Source of the DNA: Chiloscyllium plagiosum
Taxonomy: Eukaryota
DNA length: 64,000 bases
Assembly: GCF_004010195.1 (NCBI RefSeq)
Contig: NC_057718.1
Coordinates: 101,637,463-101,701,462 of the forward strand
Direction of reading: 5' to 3'
Made by a program: the position numbers and the translations under genes. The notes below the pieces were generated by a model. That model saw only the letters and a program-made list of their open reading frames with translations, did no database searches and had not been told where the DNA came from. Of the stretch, positions 37,766-51,290 are shown piece after piece; the first letter of the stretch is position 1; every line of letters starts with the position of its first letter.

Positions 37766-37892
37766 GTAAGGGCTTTTTGAACATTGCGTTGATAAAATGA
37801 TTCTTGGAGAAGAGTCAGTTGAAGTAGATATAATATTTAGAATATCGCCTTTTCAAGTTTTAAGTTTGCTCGCTGATCTGGAAGGTTTGTTT

Positions 37893-37932
37893 TCAGATGT
37901 TTCGTCACCATGCTAGGTAACATCATCAGTGA
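37893..37932 (-). ncRNA. Hammerhead motif (family C), cleavage triplet ATC
   Basis: Reverse complement tca-CTGATGA-t-GTTACC tagcat GGTGAC-GAAA-C-ATC-tga. Confidence 0.6.
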
Positions 37933-38415
37933 GCCTCCGGTGAAGGGCTGGTGGCATGTCCCGCTTTCTATTTACGTGTCTTGGTCTCGTAAGGTGGGGT
38001 GGTATCATCTAACAATACACTTAAACAACAGCTGATGAACCTAAAGGACCCTATATGAACAACCAGCAAAACAAATGTCATTTACAAAATACCCTGCAAG
38101 GACTGTAACAAACACTAAATAGGACAGACAGTCAGAAAACTAGCCAACAGGAAACGCAAACACCAACTAGCCACCAAAAGATATGATACACTATCACTAG
38201 TATCCTTGCATACAGGCGAACTGGGACAACATATCCGTCCTATGCCAGGTTAAACAGAGACACACAAGGAAATTCCTAGAGACCTGGCATTCAATCCAAA
38301 ACTCCATCAATAAACACATCGATTTGGACCCCATTTACCAATCTCTTAGGAAAAAAGAAACATAAATAGAAACATAAATAGAAAGTGGGAAAGAACACCA
38401 GCTCTTCACTGGAGG

Positions 38416-38457
38416 CTCACTGATGATGTTACCTAGCATGGTGACGGAACGTCTGAG
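38416..38457 (+). ncRNA. Hammerhead motif (family C), GAAA mutated to GGAA
   Basis: ctca-CTGATGA-t-GTTACC tagcat GGTGAC-GGAA-C-GTC-tgag. Confidence 0.6.
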
Positions 38458-38635
38458 AATAAACCTTCCAGCTCAGTGAGCAAATTTACAACCTGAACCT
38501 CAACCTGAGCTACAAATCTTCTCCAAAATCACACTGCCTTTTCATACTGGAAGGCTTGGCTTCCATGGTGATTAAACAGAGTGAGGAGAGTTACAGGGAA
38601 TTTTTAATGGTTTCTTTGAAGTCTGTGTGGTAACC

Positions 38636-38815
38636 ATGCCAACTGCAGCTCAGTGGGTAACTCCCCAGTGTGTAAATCCCAGGCCTTTTCACCCTAGACA
38701 CTTGAGCACAAAAGCACTGCAGTCAGTACTGAGGTGAGTGCCACACTGTCAGGGGCTGCTATTTGGGGAGAGACATTAAATTGAGGCCTCGTTTGCCCCT
38801 TCTCAGGTGGATCCT
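38636..38815 (+). mobile_element. DeuSINE remnant
   Basis: gctcagtgggtaa head; cagtactgagg..gtgccacactgtcaggggctgc..gagacattaaattgaggcc Deu-like core. Confidence 0.6.
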
Positions 38816-39067
38816 GGTGCAGAAGGTAATGGATCTGATAGGGCTCATGGTGGCATTAGGCCCAGCTGTACTGATGACGCAATCAAAGGAAGAGAATTGA
38901 GGAATCTACTGAGAGAGAGTGGGAAGAGGATAATGAGTTGGATGATCAACCATGATCATATTGGATGCTGGGTCAGACTCGAAGGGCTGAATGGCCCATT
39001 TCTGCTCCTACTCCTATTGTCTATGTTATCCCAATGGGGGTCAGATCTGTCATCTGTCTCCTGATAG

Positions 39068-39197
39068 AGATTCTCTTGATTCCTGATGAAACACTCTTAC
39101 CCAAAACATCAATTTTCCTGCTCCTCGGATGCTGCCTGACCTGCTGTGCGCTTCCAGCACCACTCTAGTCTCCAGCATCTGCAGTACCCACTTCTGC
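39068..39197 (+). mobile_element. Short Penelope-derived element with 15-bp TSD and decayed hammerhead
   Basis: TSD tctgtctcctgatag at 39053-39067 and 39198-39212. Confidence 0.75.
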
Positions 39198-40109
39198 TCT
39201 GTCTCCTGATAGTCTTAGTAATTAGGTCTAACTGGCCAATTTAATTTGTACCTATTGCTGTTGTACAATAAAACTACATCTCGGTGTTAAGACAAGAACC
39301 TCTTCTTATTAAGACTCAATAGTGATTCATCACCTCCCACTTTCAGCTAAACAGGCCCAGTATAGAAAGGAGCATGAATGGCAGCACTGCACCAGCTCAT
39401 AAAATAAAATCACTCGAAAAAAATAAAGAACTGCAGGCGCTGGAAATCTGAAAGACAAACCAAAATTGCTAGAGAAACTCAACAGGTCTGGCAGCATCTG
39501 TAGTGAGAGAAACAGAGTTAGCATTTTGAGCACAGTGACCCTTCGACGGAACTGATGGCAGTTATGAAAAGCTGATATTTATGTTGATGATGTGGGGTGG
39601 GAGCGAGTGGGCAAACTTAGATAAAGAACTTAGAGAGAGAGAGAAAACAGTGGTTGGACAGACAAGATGTACTCCCACAACCCACTAAGGCTCCTCTGAC
39701 AGCACCCTCCAAACCTGTGATCACTACCATCTAGAAGGATAAGGGCAGCAGATACACGGGACCACCACCCCCTTAAGGTTCCCCTCCGAGTCACTCACCA
39801 TTGGAAATATATTACCGTCCCTTCACTGTCACTGAATTAAAATCCAGGAACTCCCTCCCATGTTATGGGTGTATCTGTTGCACATAGGCTCCAAAAGTTT
39901 GGAAGGTTGCTCTCCCCCACCTTCTTGAGGGCAATTAGGATGTGCAGTAAATGCTGGCCCTGTTAGCAATGGCTACATCCCATGAAAGAGTTTTTAAAAT
40001 TCACCCAAATGTAAACAGATTCCAAGCAATTGAACTCATTAAACTGTTCAGCCGTGTTGAGGAAGTGATTCTGTATCTGACCGTTGTTCGATGTTGTGCT
40101 TTGTTTCAG

Positions 40110-40178
40110 CAGTGCCCTTGGAAAGTCAAGATGATGACTCTAAACCAAGTGATGTGTACATGGATAGCCAAATTGAAG
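40110..40178 (+). CDS. Coding exon, symmetric phase 1, 69 nt: SVPLESQDDDSKPSDVYMDSQIE (CAGCAG tandem acceptor)
   Basis: gctttgtttcag acceptor, GAAG|gtgaga donor, open. Confidence 0.78.
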
Positions 40179-40970
40179 GTGAGAATGCACACATTTAGCA
40201 AAACCAAAGGCAGTAGCAAATGCTGGAGATGGTGAATACCTTTTGCAGTGATTATTCTCTCTGTCTCCTACTGGATGTGGGCATTGCTGATAAGGGCAGG
40301 AGTTTATTGCTCATCCCAATTGCCCTTGTGTAGGTGGTGATAATCCCTGACCTTGATAATAACTGAATTACTTGCCTGGCTATCTTAATTCAGAGACAAC
40401 TGTGTTGGTATGGGCCTGGAGTCACCTATAGACCTGATTGGGTAAGGCCGTGAATTTCCTTGCATGCAAGACATTAGTGAGCCAATCCAACCACTTCATG
40501 GTCATTTTTACCCAATACTAGTGTTTATTCCAGATTTATTTTACAGGCTGCTTTAATTCGCCAGCTGCCATTGACAGGATTTGAACTCCTGTCCAGTTTG
40601 TAGGTCGGGGCATCAGGAATAGTGTAGTCCAAAGACATAACCAGTCTTCAGTCTTCCCAAAGTCATTCATGGTCACCTGTTTGTTAAGTGAAGAAATTCA
40701 GACGTTGAAGAGAGCATCCCATTACCTCCACTTGCGTGGTGCAAAAGATTTTCCAGTTAGGATCAGGCTGAATCGGGCTGTGTTCAAACTCCTTTGAAAT
40801 ATGCATTTCCCATTCACAGGCGTCACTATTGGAACACAGCTATCTCCAGGAATTGTTTTTTTGCTATTGCATTATTACTGAAGTGCCACGCGACATGATG
40901 TGGTCTTGCTTAGAATTTCAAAAAATGAAATGTTTTTCTTCTCAGTTTTACAAAGAAGTTTACTTTCCAG

Positions 40971-41057
40971 ATCAATCTGAAGACAATGAAATGCCAACCC
41001 AGCCTTGTAGCCAAACAGAAGGAGTGGAAATGGATAACTCTCAAGCTCAGTCAGAGG
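40971..41057 (+). CDS. Coding exon, symmetric phase 1, 87 nt: DQSEDNEMPTQPCSQTEGVEMDNSQAQSE
   Basis: tttactttccag acceptor, GAGG|gtaagg donor, open. Confidence 0.8.
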
Positions 41058-42208
41058 GTAAGGAGTCCTTTTCACTCTTAAAAGGGACAAAGAAGAGCCA
41101 CTGGACTCAAAACGTTTCTGTCTCCAGAGACGCTGCCAGACCTGCTGAGTTTCTCCAGCATTTTCTGTTTTTATTTGAGAGGGTTTTACAAACGGATTCA
41201 TTTTTGCATCTCGGCCCACCTGGGTTACGTTGCACAGCCATTCACAGGGCTCCCTCATCCATCACATCATCTCCGTCCAAGTTGCCCGTCTGGATTGCTG
41301 GCTTCACTAAGTTACCTGAGCCGCACTGCGGCCAGGGTCCCAGCTATTTGCCTGCTGATCCACACCATCCTTCCGCCCACCTCCCTGCCTCACCGTCTCC
41401 CAGGATGTTCATCTCATAATGAGCAACAAGGGAGTCGGCGGGAGAGTGAAATCAGAGCCACAGTCAGATCAGCCACAATACTAGTGAATGACGGAGGGGC
41501 TGAATGGCCTGTTCCTCTGCGCCTAGTTTGTAAGCTCATATGTGACCTCCTTTTAGAAATACCTCAATGCTCTTGACCCAGGTTACCCTGGCACTTGTCA
41601 ATCCTTAGGCTACTCATCCAATCTGTCCTACTGGGTCCGGTATCCACTCTTTCCACCCAGTGTGTCTGGAAAAGCCGTCACCCATCAATCTCCATTTCAC
41701 TTCCCTGAGCCCCCATGACCTTGTAAAATATTTGCGTCATCTTAAGATTCTCCTCAGCAGTTGCACTCTCACCTTTTGAAACCTGCACTGGTTCCTCTCC
41801 TCACCCCTACCCATTGTCTCTTCACACCCCACATGTGCCCCAGCACCACCAGCTCCACCCCGGCCCCTTACTGATCTCCCTCCTGATACCTAACCAGTGA
41901 CTTTTCCCATTTTCATTTGGTTTCTTCAGTGTAGCTGGGAGCAGTAAGTTGCAAAGGAACACAAACAGTTTAACGCAATGGACAAAATGCTACCAGATAG
42001 AGAAAAGGAGGAGAACTGCAAAATTGTCAACTTGAATAGAGATAAGAAAAACTGCAACATTTTCGAAACACTGAGAAGCTTGGAGCTAGTGGGGGAACTG
42101 AGAAATATTTGGGCCTTTCTGTGGAACTAACTGAAAACTGGTGGACACGCCTGAGAAAGTTAAAAATCACACAACACCAGGTTATAGTCCAACGGAGAAT
42201 AAGATAAC

Positions 42209-42243
42209 CACCTGATGAAGGAGCATCGCTCCGAAAGCTAGTG
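42209..42243 (+). ncRNA. Hammerhead ribozyme motif (family B), intact core, in a fold-back element at about 42155-42335
   Basis: CAC-CTGATGA-a-GGAGC atc GCTCC-GAAA-G-CTA-GTG. Confidence 0.75.
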
Positions 42244-42799
42244 CTTCCGATTAAACCTGTTGGACTATAACCTGGTGTTGTGTGATTTTTAACTTTGTCC
42301 ACCCCAGTCCAACACCGAAGTCTCCAAATCATGACACCCAAGAAATGATTTTAAGAGCCTGATGGTGTGTTGCTGTGTATCACGAGGGGCTGTGAGGGTG
42401 AGGGGTGTGTTAGGACCTGGAGGTTTGCTTGTGGGATTGGGATGCTTGGCTCGATTTTGGGACATTTGTTAGATTGGAGCAGAGGGAGGGGGATTAGTGT
42501 GGGTTTGGGGGATTGAGGCAAGGGAGAGTGGAAAATGGGATGGAAATTTCTGAGTGGAAATGTGAACTTGCACATTTTTTTAAAAAGCACTCAGTTTCCC
42601 ACTTGCACCCAGCGTGGGAAACTGTACCTCCTGTGTGCACTACACCTTTACTCAAAGCATTGAGGCATATGGAGACTGCTTCGATTTCAGTGTAGCCCAC
42701 TGTTGTCAGTACAGATGATCATTGTCCCTTGCTAGACTCTGAGCCATTTCAGTCCCAGGCCCAGTGATGAAAGAACAGCAGGGCCAATCTTTTCCAGAC

Positions 42800-43150
42800 A
42801 AATTTATTGGTCAGAGTATTGAGTACAGGAGTTGGGAGGTCATGTTGTGGCTGTACAGGACATTGGTTAGGCCACTGTTAGAATATTGCGTGCGATTCTG
42901 GTCTCCTTCCTATCGGAAAGATGTTGTGAAACTTGAAAGGGTTCAGAAAAGATTTACAAGGATGTTGCCAGGGTTGGAGGATCTGAGCTGCAGCATTTAA
43001 GAGGCATTTGGATGGGTATATGAATAGGAAGGGTTTGGAGGGATATGGGCCAAGTGCTGGCAGGTGGGACTAGATTGGGTTGGGATATCTGGTCGGCATG
43101 GACGGGTTGGACCAAAGGGTCTGTTTCCATGCTGTACATCCCTATGACTC
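42800..43150 (+). mobile_element. CR1 3' fragment with an internal deletion near 42990
   Basis: LYRTLVRPLLEYCVRFWSPSYRKDVVKLERVQKRFTRMLPGL jumps to gcatttaagaggcatttggat and the tail. Confidence 0.9.
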
Positions 43151-44355
43151 TTAATAAAAACCTTGCAATAGATTTCAAGGAGTTGACAAAAGAAGCAAAG
43201 GTGACATGAGGAAAGATCTCTTCACACCGTGAGTGGTTCAGGTCTCGAATGCATAGTCTGAGAGTGCAGCGGAGGCACATTCAATTGAGACTTTGAAGAA
43301 GGAATTGGGTTACCAATGGAAGGAAATGGAAGAAGTGCAGGGTTACAGGAAGAGTTGGCAAGAGGTGAATTGTTGGGGGGTGGATAGCTGAGTTGGCTGG
43401 TCAGCTGGCTTGCAATGCAAATGTTGCCTCCAGTGAGAGTTGATTTTCTGGCATGTCCCTCCCCTGAGGTCTGGTGACCCTCGGGTTAAGCTCATCTCTA
43501 ATGAGCCTCTGGGAAAATGGCAATTTTCACTTCTCTCAGCGAGCTGGTATATGCAAGATGGGCTGAACGATCTCTGATACTCGGAGTTCTCGATCTTTCC
43601 CCGTTACGAAGATGAAAATCAGCCCCTCTGTGTGTGCCTGAGATTGTGCAGCAATGTATTCCAGCATCCAACACCCCAGCAGAGCTTTCACGAAGCAAAA
43701 GATTAATTTCAACCTCATTCAGTCTCACTCGTCTGGCACAAGGGTCAGTCGGGAAGTTATTGTTCTGCTGTAAGCCTGCGGAATTCTGTCTTATTTTTAA
43801 GAGGATTGTTGGACTAATCCTTGCAATGAGCCACTCTATCTCTAAAACAGAGTTAATCAGTAGGCAGTAAGATTGGCTGCGCAGATCAGTAGGGAAGGGG
43901 ATTAGATTATTTGAGCATAGACAAAAGTTTGAGGATTTTTGAACCTGTTAACTAGAATCATTGTGTATCAGAATATAAACTCAGAAGATAGCAAGAGACC
44001 CAGTCCACACCAGTGGTATGATTTGTGAAATCTATAGAGGAAGCAAGGTAGGGAAAGATTTAAATGAAGAGAAGGATGATTTTCAGGAAAAAATATGAGG
44101 TAAAGTGGAAAGTAGAGTAGATGAAAGTTAGTTCTATCCCCAAAGGCAGCTACCTGTTGAAACATCCATCCCACCATCTGTTTGGTTTAGACCTGAACTA
44201 AGATCACCCCATTCAAAGTAGCATCATAACGAGTGCCATCAGTCACCACGATGGACTCAGTTTTAAAGAATCCCTGAAAGGGGGATTTGTCCACCTGGAG
44301 GTGTTTATGTCTTGGTGTGGGAACAGTGCTTCCAAGAACAATCCTGTTAACTGAA

Positions 44356-44404
44356 CACAGGTACGCAACACAGGTACGCGACACAGGTACACAACACAGG
44401 TACA
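44356..44404. repeat. 13-bp tandem repeat, about 3.7 copies (ACACAGGTACRCR)
   Basis: acacaggtacgca acacaggtacgcg acacaggtacaca acacaggtac. Confidence 0.85.
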
Positions 44405-45054
44405 ATGGAACGGCTGACAAGTATATTCACGGTAGCCCTGCAAAACCAGAGTTTTATTTTTGCTGTTCTTTCCAGAGGATGTGGCTGTCACTGAGTAGCC
44501 AGTATTTGTTGCCCATCTTTAATTTCCCTTAAACTCAGGCCATTTCAGTTCAGCGTCATTGTGGTGTGTCACGTATAGGTCAGATCAGGTAGGGATGGCA
44601 GATTTCCTTCCCCAAGGTAACATCCTGGTAAATCTCTTCTGAACCCGCTCCATCTTGATAATATCCTTCCTATAACTGTGCGACTCATTGCACATTACCC
44701 ACTTTTTGTGTGTTTTTCCATACATAACATCTGCTTGACAACAGATTATCTGCAGCACAGAGCATTAGAAACTTGAACAGACTATCAATAGTATTCTAAA
44801 CAAGCTTTTAATTTGCAGTGTACTATTCCATTTACAGTGCAGGGATTTTAAAATCAGTCTCAGAATGTTGGTATTGCGAGCAAGGTCAGCATTTATAACC
44901 GACCCCGACTTGCTCTTGAGAAACAACTGAGTAACTTGATAGTACGAACCACTGTGTCGTGGTTACAGATCAGCAAAAACTGCATAGGGATGGTAGGTTT
45001 CCTTCTCTGAAGTACCTTTGTGAACCAGATGAGAGTTTTTTCCCGCAATCCCAT

Positions 45055-45565
45055 ATCTCAGGAAGGATGTACTGCGCCTGGAGCATGTTCAGCAGAGGTT
45101 CACGAGAATGCTCCCAGGAATGAAAAGCTTAACAGAGGAGGAACGTTTGAGGACTCCGGGTCTACACTGGATGGAGTTCAGAAGGACTGGGGGGTACAGG
45201 GGATCTAATTGAAATTTACAGAATGGTGACTGGCCTGGACAAAGTGGATGTTGGGAAGATGTTTCCATTGCTCGGACCCGCGGGCACAGCCTTAGAGTAA
45301 AGGGAAGACCCTTTAGAAGGGAAGGAAGGAGAAACTTCTTCAGCCAGAGAGTGGAGAATCGATGGAATTTACTGCCACAGAAGGCTGTGGAGGCCAGGTC
45401 ATTGAGTGTATTTAAGACTGGGATAGATAGGTTCTTGCTTGTCAAGGATTACAGGGAGAAAGTGGGAGAATGGGTTTAAGAAACTTATCAACCATGATTG
45501 AATGGTGGAGCAGACTCGATGGGCTGGATGGCCTAATTCCTGCTCCTATGTCTTATGGTCTTATG
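45055..45565 (+). mobile_element. CR1 3' fragment
   Basis: Degenerate ORF2 end (agaaacttcttcagccagagagtgg..tggaat) and tcttatg tail. Confidence 0.85.
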
Positions 45566-47589
45566 CTTATAGTTGTTGCATCTTGACTGAGAGCAGATTT
45601 TTATTTGAGATTTATTAATAAGCTAAAGTTAAATATCACAAATGCCAGGAGGGGTCTTGAATTCCAGTCTTCGAACTTAACCTACAGTACCATAACAATT
45701 AATTACAATTATTACAGAGAGACAACTAGTGGTGGGTTATCCTGGGGGGTGGGGGGGGGGTGGTCACCACACCTCAGCTGAGGGGAGATGTTGAGAAGGA
45801 GAGTCCTTCATGGGAACCCCAGCTAGTGTGGGAATTGAACCTGCATCATTGTCAATCATTCTGTGTCACAAACCAGCTGTCCAAACTAACCAAACACCAC
45901 ACCATATTGTGTTATCAATATCCAACCTGTACAGGGGCCTAAACAAAACTCAGGGCTTGAAATCTTGATCCAAATATTTCTTTAAGCCAGTACGCTGGAA
46001 CTAACTTTCCAGTTACTCCTCTGTAAAACGTGAAACTATATAACTCAGAACATTTTGTTCATTGTGTGATATATTTAATGCACTTATATTATTATAAAAG
46101 CATGTCTTTGGTAGCGATTAATTGCCAAGAACATGGGAGTTAAGGTATTTGCCTTACATTTTAAGATTCTGGGATTCAATCAGTTCAAGAGCCACAGACA
46201 GTGTTGATGAATTAAAATTAGCTTTATTGTCCATGTACTCAAATGAGTGACAGTGAAAAGTTTACAAGTCGCCACTTGCAGCACCATCTTAGGTACAAAA
46301 ATACCTCAGTACAACTTCTTCAGTTACAAGATCTTAGAAAACAGAGAAATAGAAAGTCCAGAATTACAGAAATAAGAACTCAGAGACACGGTCTTTCACC
46401 CCAGAGCACACTGGTACCTGGTCTCCAGTCTGCACTGGGCCTTGGCACCAGACCGTGCCGGGCTTCAGTTTGAAGTTCATGGGATTGGGAGATCACACTC
46501 TGGAATCACCTCGAGTACTGTCACTTTGGAACTCTCAAGTAAAGTGATGAGCTAAGTTCCATCTTGCAAGGAATAACCCACACACTGCCCTGTTTCAGCA
46601 ACTACGGAAATAACCGCAGCTGTTAACAAATCCGATAACGTACCCAAACGTAGCCTATGGTGACCAGCTTTGTGCCCAATGCTGCTTTATCTACCTCTTT
46701 GTTTAATACAAATCACAACTAGATCCTTGTCTCCAAGTCAACTTGGGATTTCTTTTGTGGCTGATTGCGTACAGCAGGATTACACTTTCGGTAAATAAGC
46801 ATCGAGATAATTAAATGTGAATGTGATTGATGGGTACTTCCTACTTATTTAGAAAAAACAGTCACTCTGGGAGCAGGTACTCCAAGCCCTGCCTTTCAGC
46901 TGTGCCCCACATGCTGACGGTTTCACTAAACTGATAATTAAAAGAATCCCAGGTACTGAGTGCCATTTCTCCTCTCTTTCTCTTTGGTTCCATTGTTTGC
47001 TCATTGGCATGGTGAGCAGATGGTCAGAGATTTTAGCCTTTCAAAGCTGCAGGGCTTTCCCATGACATCAAGCTGGTCTTAGTGTTGTGCAATTAGATTG
47101 GGGCTTTCAGACTCCACAGGGATTGACTAAAGACCTGAGTAATTTCAATAAAGATTTGTAAAGGGAATCTTGTAAGGCCAGTCAAAGCCATTCGAGGGAA
47201 CAATGCCAGCAAACGTAGTAGGTCCCTTTCTTGTTTTAATCTGGGGAATATTGATGATGAACCCTCTGCCTATTTAGTGTAGCTGTGGTCGGAGGTATTT
47301 AATAGGAGGCCACTTCCCTCCAGGCCAGGTCATAGGTCACTGTTTAATTGATTAGGAATTTACAAGCCTATCCACACACCTTCAGGCAATGGGAAAGCAA
47401 ACAGATTGGTTGAACTTTATTTTTTCCGCAATTAGTGTGTTGATTCTCAGAGTCAAATTCTGCATGTTTCCAGCATTGAATGTAGTCCTCGGAAACCGAG
47501 AAGCATTTTTGCTTCAGAAATTTCAAAAGAAGTCAAGAGTGTAAAGCACAGCAAAGTGGAAGAACTGGCTATTTCCATCATGACAAAAT

Positions 47590-48955
47590 GTTCAATGCTG
47601 GTGTTAGAAACAGTGGGACAATTCTAAAGGGGATGCAGGAGCAGAGGGACCCAGGTGTACACGTGCAGAGACCATTGAAGGTAGCACAACAGTGGGGAAA
47701 AGCAATAAATAGAGATTACAGCGGCTTCAATTTTATCAAAAGGAGCACCGGCTACAAGGGCAAGAGGTGACACTGAACTTGTAAAAACAATTGCTCTTTC
47801 CTTATTTTTCTGCTTGGTGCTGGGAACAGAAACAGGCCCTTCGGCCCACAACATGACACCAAACTAAATTAATCCCTTCTGCCTGCCCTTGGTCCATATC
47901 CATACATGCCTTGAATTTTTAACTTATTTCTTTAATTTTCTGCTTTATGCCTAAGATTTTGTTATAGGTACCCAGGATGACACCGGAAATGGTGACTTTG
48001 TACTGTACTCCTGTGTCCCTGTACTTGAGTACATATGACAATCAAACCTAATTCTGATTCTAGACCTCAGCTGGAGGGCTGTGTCCAGTTGTGGAAGTCA
48101 CATTATGGGAATGATGTGAATGCATTTGAGTACGTGCAGAAGTGATTAACAAGAATTGTTCCATAAATAAGAAATGTCAGCGATGAAGAAAGGTTGAAGA
48201 CGAGAAGAGAGTGGATAAAGGCTTTTAAAATCATGAGCAGTCTGGGCAGAGAGGGAGAGGCTGTTCCCATTCATTAAAAAAAACAATGAGGGGGCATAGA
48301 ATTAATAAAATCATAATCAGGCTTCACAACCCAGATAGGGAGAAACAGTTCCTGCTCGTAAAAAGAACAGGAATGAGGGCTAAAGTGATGTGCAAAAGTA
48401 GCAAAGATAATCTGATCGAAATCTTTTTCACCCAGCGAGTAGTTAGGGTGTGGAATGCACTGCCTGGAAATATAGTGGAGGCAGGTTCAACTGAGGCTAA
48501 CAAGAAGGCCATTAGTTATTTGGATAGAAATAGTGTAGACCAACATGGGAAAAAGACAGGAGATTGGTGCGAGATAATAGAGCCAGTGCAGATGTGGTGG
48601 GCTGAATGCCCTCTGTCTGCACGGTAACAATTCTGTGTGCACTTTCTCGAGAGTAGGGGACTATAAAACTCGAGGACATAGGTTTAAGGTGAGAGTGGAA
48701 AGATTTAAAAGGATCCTAAGGGGCAACTTTCTCACACAGAGGGTGGTGCGTATATGGAATGAGCTGCCAGAGGAAGTGGTAGAGGATGGTACAATTGCAG
48801 CATTTAAGAAGCATCTGGATGGGTATATGAGTTGGAAGGGTTTGGAGGGATATGGGCAAAATGCTGGCAATTGGGACTAGATTAATTTAGGATATCTGGT
48901 CAGCAAGGATGAGTTGGATCAAAGGGTCAGTTTCTGTGCTGTACACTTCTCTGAT
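47590..48955 (+). mobile_element. Cluster of decayed CR1 fragments with nested LINE tails; younger 3' end at 48640-48955
   Basis: KTRGHRFKVRVERFKRILRGNFLTQRVVRIWNELPEEVV; FFTQRVVRVWNALP. Confidence 0.8.
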
Positions 48956-49963
48956 TTTAAACAAGGAACCACCCACCAAAATGTAAATCCATGCCATAGT
49001 CTTGTGTTTATATTATACCAAAACCATTGTATCACAGGAGCTTGGTCAAAGAGACAGACTTTAAGGAGCACACTTTAAGGGGGATAGAGGAGCACAGATG
49101 TTCAGGGAAGGAATTCCAGGGCTTAGGGGACAGCCAGCTAAATTCGAACTTTTTGTGACATATTTATAACTTATTTGAAGGTGTCAATTAGCACATCAAT
49201 GACTTTAGTGAGCAATGTTATCCATTTCAGCCTTGTTAATTTTAGACATGCATCTTTTACAAAAACATTGAAAAATGTGACATTCACTCCATTGAGTGTG
49301 TTTTTGGAAGGTCTAGCACTTGACCGCTTGTTCAGCACATCCCTCTGTCATTTTATTTTCTCCCCAGCTTCCCCCTGAAGGAATTTGCCCAATTCTCTTC
49401 TGAATGTTGCTATTGAATCTGCCTCCATTAGTCTTTCAGGCAGTGCATTCCAGATCACAACAACTCACTGAGTAAAAACTGTTTCCTCAGGTAGCCTCTG
49501 GCTGTTATTGTCAATCACCTGGATGGTGGATCATCAGGTTCTGATCCTCCTGCTACTGGGAACAGTTTCTCTGTATTTACTTTGTCACTGTACGGAATGC
49601 GAGTGTTGAGAGTTCAAGCTTCAATGTGCAGATCCCCGAAACCTATCAATCAGGTTGTGTTTAATTTCTGTATTTGGTTCTTCTTCCTTCCCCTCAGCGT
49701 AGTGTTTTTGTTAAGAGTTATTTTATTTCCAAGGATGGCCTTTAAGAAGATTTTTCATGAAGAAGTAGCTGACACAGTTCCAATGGGTGTATTTATATCT
49801 GAATGTCAAGTCCCACATTTCAATGAGAAAGAAAAGTCTAACTGGAGGATGTGCTGCCTTCAATCTTTTGCACTCCCTGTTCAGTGAAACTGATGTATGA
49901 TGATGGGAGTTAGATTTGGAGTCAGCCATTGGGCCCCTCAAATGTTTTTGTAAATTCATTTTT

Positions 49964-50305
49964 AGGGTGGCATGGTGGCTCAGTGGTTAGTACTGCTGCC
50001 TCACAGCGCCAGGGACCCGGGTTTGATTCCACCCTTGGGCAATTGTCTGTGTGGAGTTTGCACATCCACCCTGTGTCTGTGTGGGTGTCCTCTGGGTGCT
50101 CCAGTTTCCTCCCACAGTCCTAAGATGTACAGGTTAGGGTAGACTGGCCATGCTAAATTGCCAATAAAGTGCAGGCTGTGTGGATTAACCATGGGAAATG
50201 CAGGGATAGGGTTGGGGGCTAGGTCTGGGTGGGATGCTCTTCAGAGGGTAGGTGTGGACTTGATGGGCCAAACGGCCTGTATCCACACTTTCGGGATTCT
50301 ATGAT
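49964..50305 (+). mobile_element. HE1-type V-SINE
   Basis: gggtggcatggtggctcagtggttag head, V-domain, gggattctatg tail. Confidence 0.92.
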
Positions 50306-50499
50306 TCACAGGACTTAGGCATTGCTACTTTGGCCAGCATTTATTACCCATTCCTAATTGGGTGGCAGTTCAGAGTCAACCACGTTGCTGTGTGTCTGGA
50401 GTCACGTGTAGGCCAGACCAGGTAAGGACGGCAGATTTCCTTCCCCAAAGGACATTATTGAGACAGGTGTTTTTTTTTATACAATTGACAAGTCAACAT

Positions 50500-51290
50500 T
50501 GAGTCATAGAGATATACAATGTTGTAATTGTACCAGCCTCCACTACTTCCTCTGGCAGCTCATCCCATACACACACCACCCTCTGAGTGAAAAAGTTGTC
50601 ACTTAGGTCCCTTTTATATCCTTCCCCTCTCACCCTAAATCTATGCCCTGTAGTTCTGGACTCCCCCACCCCAGGGAAAAAAACCTTGTTTATTTACCCT
50701 ATCCATGCTCCTCATGATTTTATAAATCCTCTCCAAGGTCACCCCTCAGCCTTCAACGCTCCAGGGAAAACAGCCCCAGCTTATTCAGCCTCTCCCTACA
50801 GCTCAAACATTCCAACTCTGGCAACATCTTTGTAAATCTTTTCTGAACCCTTTTAAGTTTCACAACATCCTTCCGATAGGAAGGAGACCAGAATTGCACA
50901 CAATATTCCAAAAGTGGCCTAACCAGCATCCTGTACAGCCGCAACATGACCTCCCAACTCCTGTACTCAATGCACTAACCAATAAAGGAAAGCATGCCAA
51001 ACACCTTCTTCACTATCCTATCTACCTGCGACTCCACTCCAAGGTCTTTTTGTTCAGCAACACTCCCTAGGACCTTACCATTAGGTGTATAAGTCCTGCT
51101 AAGATTTGCTTTCCCAAAATGCAGCACCTCACATTTATTTAAATTAAACTCCATCTGCCACTCAGCCTATTGACCTATCTGATCAAGATCCTGTTGTAAT
51201 CTGAGGTAATCCTCTTCGCTGTGTGTTACACCTCCAATAAAGGGGTCATCTGCAAACTTACTTACTTTACCTCCGATGTTCATATCCAGT
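50500..51290 (-). mobile_element. CR1 3' fragment
   Basis: MLRLYRMLVRPLLEYCVQFWSPSYRKDVVKLKRVQKRFTKML; gtttgcagatgac (FADD) at about 51245-51257 on the minus strand. Confidence 0.92.

Larger units (their letters stand above)
37856..38534 (+). mobile_element. Penelope-like element fragment: GIY-YIG endonuclease remnant between inverted pLTR ends
   Basis: Translation LKDPI*TTSKTNVIYKIPCKDCNKH*IGQTVRKLA..KHQLATKRYDTLSLVSLHT; inverted termini; gccttttca direct repeats on both flanks. Confidence 0.88.

Noticed and set aside
43498..43870. Overlapping short ORFs in non-repetitive sequence
   Set aside because: No recognisable domain or consistent splice sites
46853..46876. 24-nt phase-1 candidate EKTVTLGA
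   Set aside because: Weak donor (gtactc) and no compositional support
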